Below, piece by piece: positions 57,795-64,000 of a stretch of DNA of 64,000 nucleotides (position 1 is the first letter of the stretch; each line of letters begins with the position of its first letter). The DNA comes from Candidatus Omnitrophota bacterium. GTDB taxonomy: Bacteria; Omnitrophota; Gorgyraeia; Zapsychrales; Zapsychraceae. The translations under genes were made by a program, and so were the position numbers. The DNA is taken from contig JAJDCB010000012.1 in assembly GCA_029261065.1 (NCBI GenBank), forward strand, positions 77,430 through 141,429. Direction: 5' to 3'. Under the pieces are notes generated by a model. It was not told where the DNA came from. It did no database searches and worked only from the letters and a program-made list of their open reading frames with translations.

Positions 57795-59120
57795 CTATTT
57801 TAGGACATTTCCTTTAAGACCATGGGGGGATGCTTTGGTGATAGTGGCTTGATGGATCTCTCCCTTGTAATAAGGGCCTTTGGGCACAATAATGATCTTG
57901 TTGTTATCACAGCGAGCTAGATAATGATCCTTGGATTTGTTTGTTTCTTCTTGTTCAATCAAAACGGAATGAGTCTCTCCAATATGGGCTTCATTGCGTT
58001 CTAACGCGATCTGTTTTTGCAGCTCATTAAGTCTAACGATTCTTTCTGTTTTAATCGCCTCAGGCACATCATCTTCGTGTTTGCGTGAGGCAATGGTTTG
58101 TTTGCGTTCAGAGTATTTAAACATAAAGGCTGAATCAAAACGGACTTGTTTCATAACTTTAATTGTGTCATCAAACTCTTTATCGGTTTCGGTTGAAAAT
58201 CCAACGATGATGTCTGTGGATAAGGCGATGTTGGGGATGAGTTTTCGAGTTTTATCAACAAGCTTTAAAAATTCATCTTGTGTGTAGGTGCGATTCATTA
58301 ATTCGAGAATACGATCATTACCCGATTGCAGCGGCAGATGAATTTGTTTACAGACCTTGGGGTTTTGGGCGACCACATTAAGCAATTGATCTGGAAAATC
58401 TTTGGGATGCGGAGATGTAAAACGGATGCGTTCAATGCCGTTGACTTTTGAAACGGCTTCAAGCAGAGAAGCAAAATCATGTCCCCCCTCTTTATAAGAA
58501 TTAACATTTTGACCAAGCAACGTCACCTGCTTAAACCCATCATCCGCTAGGTGCTTAACTTCATCAACCACATTACTCACAGACCGACTTCGCTCCCGCC
58601 CTCTTGTGTAAGGAACAACACAAAACGTACAAAAATTATTACATCCGCGCATAACCGCCAACCAAGCATTCACCCCTTCTTTGCGCATCGGATAAACATC
58701 CGAATATGTCTCAAATTCAGAAAGCGTCACATCAAAATTTTTCTTACCCGTTTGATACGATTCCTGTATCAAGGCCGGCAGCCGCTTGTAACTATCGGGC
58801 CCAGCAATGAAATCAATATCTAAATTCTTATTCTCCAACAATTCTGTCCGCAAATTCGTCGCCATACACCCCAAAATCCCAATCTTAACCGGAGTCCCTT
58901 GCCGTTTATGCTTAATCTCATGCACTCTCCCATAAACCTTCCGATGCGCATGTTCCCGAATCGCACACGTATTTAACATCACCACATCTGCTGAGAGCTC
59001 ATCTTCCACAAAGCGATACTCGGCTTTACGCAGAATGGCCCTGACTAGCTCGGTGTCGTATTCGTTCATTTGGCAGCCGTAGGTTTCTATAAAAATATTT
59101 TTCTTATCTTGTTTTATCAT
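57795..59120 (-). CDS. miaB: tRNA-2-methylthio-N6-dimethylallyladenosine synthase
   Basis: 441 aa. N-terminal ETYGCQMN, radical-SAM CNNFCTFC and a TRAM C-terminal domain. Confidence 0.9.
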   Translation of the reverse strand: MIKQDKKNIFIETYGCQMNEYDTELVRAILRKAEYRFVEDELSADVVMLNTCAIREHAHRKVYGRVHEIKHKRQGTPVKIGILGCMATNLRTELLENKNLDIDFIAGPDSYKRLPALIQESYQTGKKNFDVTLSEFETYSDVYPMRKEGVNAWLAVMRGCNNFCTFCVVPYTRGRERSRSVSNVVDEVKHLADDGFKQVTLLGQNVNSYKEGGHDFASLLEAVSKVNGIERIRFTSPHPKDFPDQLLNVVAQNPKVCKQIHLPLQSGNDRILELMNRTYTQDEFLKLVDKTRKLIPNIALSTDIIVGFSTETDKEFDDTIKVMKQVRFDSAFMFKYSERKQTIASRKHEDDVPEAIKTERIVRLNELQKQIALERNEAHIGETHSVLIEQEETNKSKDHYLARCDNNKIIIVPKGPYYKGEIHQATITKASPHGLKGNVLK

Positions 59121-59198
59121 AGTGTTTTATAACAATTTCTAAAAGTCGTATATACTGCGTTCATCGTAACCATTGGTGGTAGTAAATAGGACTTCAGT

Positions 59199-60377
59199 TT
59201 AATCAGGTGTTGCTAATGCAATGTTCGAACCCTTAGCATTTAAAGAGATGTCGTAACTAGCGTGTCTCTCACCATTTGCAAACAATACTCCTGATAAATT
59301 ATAGGGTGTTTCATCTTCTAGTAGAGAATATCCACAACTTAATTCCTTTATCTCCCAATCTGTAAGAGATTTTACCTCTCCTTTTTCACTTTTGCCATTT
59401 TGGTTAATATCTTGCCAAATCGCCAAACCATTTAATTCTTGGTCAGTTAATTTTCCATCAGCATTATTGTCTAATGATTGTAGGGCTGTGTAACCATTGT
59501 CCCAAAAGAGCCAAAATGTAACATTTCCAAATAATTGTAGGGCAGAATCTATTTCACCTAACAGCTCTTTGTCAAAAACAAGAAAAGCGAAATTTGGATT
59601 AATCCATTCCCATTCTTTAGGAATGCCGCTTCCATCTAAATCAAATAATACGTATTGGTCGTTATCTTTAATTTGATCGAACTTAAGATTTTTATTTAAA
59701 GGAATGACAATGGGAGTTACTGCTCGAGGGAGTTTATCAAAATGCTGTTTGTATTGCTTTAATTTATTAATTTCAACTTGATCTTTTTCAGGATCTAAAA
59801 GTGGTATTAGGTATTCACTTGCCTCTTCCGTAATCAATGGAGAATAGCCAAATAAACTTTTCTTTTTCTTCTCATTAGGCCATGCCATCTTTATGATTTC
59901 TCTGTACCCAGAAATAGCTTCATCAATTTGCCCACTTTGTTCTAAACACCAAGTTAATCCAATTTTAATTAGTAAGTTAGCAGAATCATTGTTTAAAGCT
60001 TTTTTATGTAATTCAATTGCCTTATTCAAATATGCTTGATAAGTTTCATCTGATTCATCATTTTTCTCTATTTTTTGATTAGCGTATGGAACATTTCTTG
60101 GCTCATAACCAAACCAGGGGCCTAAATTTTCGTGCTCTTTACGAACATTTATTTCAGCTTTGTTAGATGAATATGCCATAGCGAAAGTCCGAGCTAAAGC
60201 AAAAAGTATTTGATTATTAGTTGGATCACTTTCGTATTTGGTTGTAAGATTTTGAATTAATCGTTCTATTGGTATTTTTTCTAAATCAGGGCTTCTATAT
60301 CTTGCGAAGGAAATATTAACTGAAAAAATTATGCATAAGAATGAAAGTAATAAGAAAAGTTTTTTTATGAGTTTCAT
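59199..60377 (-). CDS. Secreted protein with TPR-like helices and two EF-hand/dockerin-like Ca-binding loops
   Basis: 392 aa. Signal peptide ending SFA. C-terminal DNNADGKLTDQELNG and DINQNGKSEKGEV loops about 20 residues apart. Confidence 0.55.
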   Translation of the reverse strand: MKLIKKLFLLLSFLCIIFSVNISFARYRSPDLEKIPIERLIQNLTTKYESDPTNNQILFALARTFAMAYSSNKAEINVRKEHENLGPWFGYEPRNVPYANQKIEKNDESDETYQAYLNKAIELHKKALNNDSANLLIKIGLTWCLEQSGQIDEAISGYREIIKMAWPNEKKKKSLFGYSPLITEEASEYLIPLLDPEKDQVEINKLKQYKQHFDKLPRAVTPIVIPLNKNLKFDQIKDNDQYVLFDLDGSGIPKEWEWINPNFAFLVFDKELLGEIDSALQLFGNVTFWLFWDNGYTALQSLDNNADGKLTDQELNGLAIWQDINQNGKSEKGEVKSLTDWEIKELSCGYSLLEDETPYNLSGVLFANGERHASYDISLNAKGSNIALATPD

Positions 60378-60431
60378 TAGTTAGGATTCTCCGATTGGCA
60401 AAATTTTGTAAAGTATTTAATCATAGCCCTG

Positions 60432-60512
60432 CCCTAGTGCATCCATCGGTCAGCCGTAAGCTTCTATAAATATTTTCTTTTGTAAAGTGTTGTTTATCAT
60501 AGTTTTATAAAT
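60432..60512. repeat. Family D repeat: degenerate copy of the miaB promoter-proximal region plus its first ~14 codons
   Basis: The minus strand reads atgataaacaacactttacaaaagaaaatatttatagaagcttacggctga. Compare miaB atgataaaacaagataagaaaaatatttttatagaaacctacggctgc. Confidence 0.65.
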
Positions 60513-60573
60513 TATCATATACGTTCAACGGTTAAATTTTTCAGATGAATGAGTATGACATTTAATTTTTTAG

Positions 60574-61044
60574 TTATTTAGTATATCTATTTCGATGGTT
60601 TTCGGGTATCTTTTTAATTATTTGATATTTTTCTTCAAAATTTCCATAAATATCTGCACTGCAATCAAAATTCTTTTGATTATGAGCAATGTACTCAACT
60701 ATTGGCAATACTTCAGACATAATTGGAAAAATATCATCTGGCTTTTTGTTGAGCTTTTCTTCTACTAAGTTAATAAAGCAACTTGCTGCATCAGAGGCGT
60801 CAACAATTCTTTCATTTGGTATATTGATTGATTGAATATAATTCCCAAAGCCAAGCATATAATAACGAAAAGGGACTTTGGACATGAATCTTAATTCACT
60901 CGCTCGTTCAATTACACATCGGTCGAAATGTTCTCGCATCTCGTCATTTGTTTTTCCAATAAATAGATCATGGGCATAAGACGCGTCTATGCACCCTTTA
61001 TAGTTTTCCCAATCACTTTCTGATGGTACTGGTAGTTTTGTCAT
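60574..61044 (-). CDS. Hypothetical protein
   Basis: 156-aa ORF overlapping the downstream end of the dinD-like gene by 4 nt. No recognised motif. Confidence 0.45.
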   Translation of the reverse strand: MTKLPVPSESDWENYKGCIDASYAHDLFIGKTNDEMREHFDRCVIERASELRFMSKVPFRYYMLGFGNYIQSINIPNERIVDASDAASCFINLVEEKLNKKPDDIFPIMSEVLPIVEYIAHNQKNFDCSADIYGNFEEKYQIIKKIPENHRNRYTK

Positions 61045-61879
61045 TTCTTTTTTATTTGTTTCTTCTTGGGAGAAGGCAAAAAATTCTCTTTTGAGATAAT
61101 ACTTTTTCCCGATTTTCTTTCTAATTCTTTTCTTGCCTTCTTGGCAATGCCGCCGCCTTTTTTGCTAGCAATTTTATTTTCAGTCATGCCAGTAGCTTGT
61201 ACGCTATCTGCTATTTGTCTTGTAGATAATTCAGCTAACGCGGTAAAAATAAGTTCGGCTTCCGTCATATGATCTCGCAGATTTTGCGTTTTAATCCTTT
61301 GATTTTTTTATGATCTTTGATATTTAGATCAGACCATTCTTGGTGAATAATATTTGTTAGAATCGCAAATTCATCATCGTTGCTAATATCATGGTCTTTC
61401 CAATAATCCGTTAACTTATTACGGGTCTCCTGACCCATCATTCGTTGCTGAATCCATTTTTTACTTCTACCCTGCTTTTGCCAATATTCACGTGAACGAT
61501 TGAGAGCTTTTTCAGGATCAGTCATCTCCTGCATTCTTTCATATCCTACTTTAGCTAGCCATAATTTGATTGGTTCTGCTTTGGGACTAGGAACAGATTG
61601 AACCAAGCGAAGAATAGTTTCAACATTTGCTGCGTCAGTTTTGTAAAATTTTCCATCACTGGACTGCATTTTCAGTTTGTCACATTTTGTGACAGACTCA
61701 TTTTCTTCCTTTTTTAGACGACTTTTTAGAGTCGTCCAGTAACTTTGAGCTTTCTTGAAGTCTTTTTGCTCTACCAACACAGCAATAATATCAATGACAG
61801 AGAAATACCATTTTTCCTGCTTTTCATCATATATTCTACGAATTTTATAATTTTCAAATACAGCCAATGTACTTTTCAC
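61041..61879 (-). pseudogene. dinD: DNA-damage-inducible protein D (DinD)-like Bro-N domain gene, split into 204-aa and 75-aa ORFs by a frameshift
   Basis: The N-terminal Bro-N pattern (FENYKIRRIYDEKQEKWYFSVIDIIAVL) and the C-terminal parts align colinearly with the remembered E. coli DinD sequence. The second ORF frame is open upstream and encodes QNLRDHMTEAEL, matching DinD QKILDHMGSTEL. The frame switch falls at an A4 tract (ttaaaacg). Confidence 0.5.
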
Positions 61880-61899
61880 TTTACTTCATCTCCTATTTA

Positions 61900-61990
61900 A
61901 ATTCTCTCATTTTCTTGTTCTGTAACATAAACATTCTCAATGATTTCCAACACTGCCGTACGCCACTGGTACATACGGTCAGCCATATGT
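61900..61990. repeat. Family D repeat (miaB 5'-end-derived, internally deleted) with palindrome ccgtatgtaccagtggcgtacgg
   Basis: Shares about 75 bp with 62822-62935, including ctgccgtacgccactggtacatacggtcagcc. Confidence 0.65.
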
Positions 61991-62002
61991 TTCATATTTC
62001 CT

Positions 62003-62737
62003 CTATTCAGGCCCTGATTCGTTCTCAGGACAATAAATATTATGACCAAAATCAATAAGATTACATCTTTGATCAAATTTATAATAAAAATTTGCAAATT
62101 GAACTACTTGAATTTGGTCCTTAGCGCTACATGGTGGCAAAGGAATCCCAGTCAGTAACGCTGCAGCATAATTCATGCCCTTTTTTAACTTATGGATATT
62201 CTGACAATAGGCAGAAGCCAGTCCTAATTCTGTAGTTGGGAAAATTTGAGTTGTAATCTCTTTTTTCCTACCTGTTCTTATTTCCATTTCTCTAAGCATT
62301 TCTGTTAATTGTCTATTATCATAAACCTTCCCGGACTCAAAAGTTAGTTTTCCTGTACGATTTTCAGTTTTTCTAAAACGAAAATGTTTTGTTTCGCGCC
62401 TCTCAGTAATCTCATAATGTGTACCTTTATCTCGCCGGCTGATTTCTTTCCAAACGTAGTGTGGATCATAATATTTTTCATAATAAGAATAAACAATGTC
62501 GTGTTCTCCAGGCGCTAGAAATACCTTGCTCCAAAAAACAAACCCAACTTGCGGATGTTTCTCGCCATCAATTTTGACAAGAACAAATCGACCGTCTTTC
62601 CCGCCTCCCATGCCTTTTAGCTCAACCAATTCAGATTTTGTTAAATTTGCAGCACTAGAAGGCAAATAAACGGTCTTTGCGCAGCCAGTTAAAATAAATA
62701 AAACACACAACAAAATTAAGTATTGAATTCTTTTCAT
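62003..62737 (-). CDS. Lipoprotein, hypothetical
   Basis: MKRIQYLILLCVLFILTGC lipobox. The ORF-track start at 62815 adds 26 residues, so the start is placed at the Met before the signal peptide. Confidence 0.55.
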   Translation of the reverse strand: MKRIQYLILLCVLFILTGCAKTVYLPSSAANLTKSELVELKGMGGGKDGRFVLVKIDGEKHPQVGFVFWSKVFLAPGEHDIVYSYYEKYYDPHYVWKEISRRDKGTHYEITERRETKHFRFRKTENRTGKLTFESGKVYDNRQLTEMLREMEIRTGRKKEITTQIFPTTELGLASAYCQNIHKLKKGMNYAAALLTGIPLPPCSAKDQIQVVQFANFYYKFDQRCNLIDFGHNIYCPENESGPE

Positions 62738-62821
62738 ATTAAGGTTTTTTTCAACAAATTTTTTAAACTGTAAAACTGACACGTGATTTTTATATGAGAA
62801 ATTGTAATTTTTCAATAGCTA

Positions 62822-62935
62822 ACATAAACAGCTTCAATAATTTGCAACACTGCCGTATACCACTGGTACATACGGTCAGCCGTAGGTTTCAAGAAATATT
62901 TTCTTTGTATCTTGTTTCATATCAATCACTTAATT
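62822..62935. repeat. Family D repeat: degenerate miaB 5' end plus hairpin
   Basis: The minus strand reads atgaaacaagatacaaagaaaatatttcttgaaacctacggctga (MKQDTKKIFLETYG then stop), followed by ccgtatgtaccagtggtatacgg. Confidence 0.7.
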
Positions 62936-63190
62936 TTCCGTCCTTTTGGTGTTCATCTGCTGTCTAGAAAATTAAAAATTTGAAATTTTATGCATAGTAT
63001 TTAGCTTCAATATTTTACGAGAAATTCTTGTGTCGTACTCATTGATCTCCCTTTCTTCGAAAAGAAGAGAATTTATAATTTATAACATTGTGGATTATAC
63101 AATTAATGGGTAGGAAATGCAAGGTACACGATTTTGCGTAACATTAAACTTATAGTAGGATTATTAATGTATGCAAAGAAAACCTTTTGT

Positions 63191-63874
63191 TTATTCTTTC
63201 TGAAGTCTTTCTCGATGATGTTTGACCATCTTTGCCTGAATCATGTAGATAACATCTTCCGCAATCGCAGAAGCATGATCACAAATACGCTCTAAATCCC
63301 TAGCAACTAATAATAGAGGCACTGCTCTCGGGGCAGTCGTTCCATCTTTAACCATGTAATCATTAATAAGTTCTTTAATAATCAGAGTCCTCAACTTATT
63401 GGACTCATTATCCGATAGAATAACTTTTTTAGCCATATCCTCATCTCGTTTTACGAAAGAATCAATAGAGTTATGTACCATCGTTTTAGCTTGGCTGGCT
63501 AACTTGGGAATATCAATTAAAGGCTTAAGAAGGGGTTGATCTGCAACTTCCAACACTCTTTGGGAAATATTAACGGTTAAATCAGCTATCCTTTCTAACT
63601 CCGCATTAATATGCATACCTGTCGTAATGAATCGCAAATCAATAGCCATTGGCTGAAATAGAGCTAGTAACTCGATAATCTCCTCCTCTATTTCAATCTC
63701 TAATTCATCGATTCGTTGATCCTCCTCAATTACTTTATTCGCCAAATCCTTATCTCTCTTTTTCAAAGCATCTATCGATTTATGGATTGCCTCTTCCACC
63801 AATGTTGCCATTTTAAGGAGATTGGTCTTTAACTTACTTAATTCTTCATCTAAATGTCTTTCCATATTATCCAA
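63191..63874 (-). CDS. phoU: Phosphate transport system regulator PhoU
   Basis: 227 aa, two PhoU repeats (E-ELD-IEIEEEI, D-V-ER-DHA motifs). TTG start overlaps the pstB stop. Confidence 0.85.
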   Translation of the reverse strand: MDNMERHLDEELSKLKTNLLKMATLVEEAIHKSIDALKKRDKDLANKVIEEDQRIDELEIEIEEEIIELLALFQPMAIDLRFITTGMHINAELERIADLTVNISQRVLEVADQPLLKPLIDIPKLASQAKTMVHNSIDSFVKRDEDMAKKVILSDNESNKLRTLIIKELINDYMVKDGTTAPRAVPLLLVARDLERICDHASAIAEDVIYMIQAKMVKHHRERLQKE

Positions 63875-64000
63875 ACCTCCCAGTCACATAATCCTCAGTT
63901 ATTTTATTTGAAGGATTCGTAAATATTTTATTTGTTACATCAAATTCAATTAGCTCTCCTAACATAAAGAAAGCTGTATAATCTGAAACACGAGCTGCTT
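63867..64000 (-). CDS. pstB: Phosphate ABC transporter ATP-binding protein PstB, C-terminal fragment (the gene continues beyond the window end)
   Basis: Hand translation of the minus strand gives ...[41 protein letters not shown] then stop, the conserved PstB C-terminus. Confidence 0.8.
   Translation of the reverse strand, partial: AARVSDYTAFFMLGELIEFDVTNKIFTNPSNKITEDYVTGRFG

Noticed and set aside
59060-62940. Classical integron gene-cassette array (attC sites) as an explanation for the phoU-miaB cassettes
   Set aside because: No intI or attI in the window. The boundary repeats are copies of miaB coding/promoter sequence, not attC-like imperfect palindromes of variable sequence.
1-64000. 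tRNA, rRNA and transposase/integrase genes
   Set aside because: Scanning for T-loop-like GTTCRANYC motifs, rRNA-like conserved blocks and DDE/tyrosine-recombinase motifs in the ORF set found none. All large ORFs are accounted for by metabolic or structural genes.

Overview
This is an AT-rich bacterial chromosomal segment of about 64 kb in which nearly every gene sits on the minus strand. It is dominated by biosynthetic housekeeping genes: uvrA, a colinear argCJBDFGH-lysA-dapF-dapA-dapB-dapL-folK-panC-nadX supercluster, rpsI-rplM, truA, asd, fabF-acpP-fabG, a folE-folM-folB-folK pterin cluster, ispG/ispH, Moco genes moaA/moaE, an nfuA-pcd-rrf2-sufBCDSU Fe-S operon, a glycosyltransferase locus, metXW, nadA and miaB, with phoU and a partial pstB at the end. 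A minus-strand GT-C/TPR membrane gene, absent from the ORF track because it has no stop in the window, runs off the window start. Intergenic and 5' regions carry at least three families of short dispersed palindromic repeats or MITEs. Family A is dRS3-like (ATTCCC-N8-GGGAAT). Family B has gtgatagagtggtaaagtgata ends and once encloses a four-helix-bundle gene of the 23S rRNA IVS/Avd family. Family C has 27-bp terminal inverted repeats. The most unusual structure is the 4-kb phoU-miaB interval. It holds three small gene cassettes: a secreted EF-hand-like protein, a frameshifted dinD-like gene with a 156-aa partner, and a lipoprotein. Each cassette is preceded by a degenerate copy of the promoter-proximal region and first ~14 codons of miaB. 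This looks like serial site-specific insertion at the miaB 5' end, yet no integrase, transposase or other mobility gene is present anywhere in the window. No rRNA, tRNA or CRISPR array was recognised.
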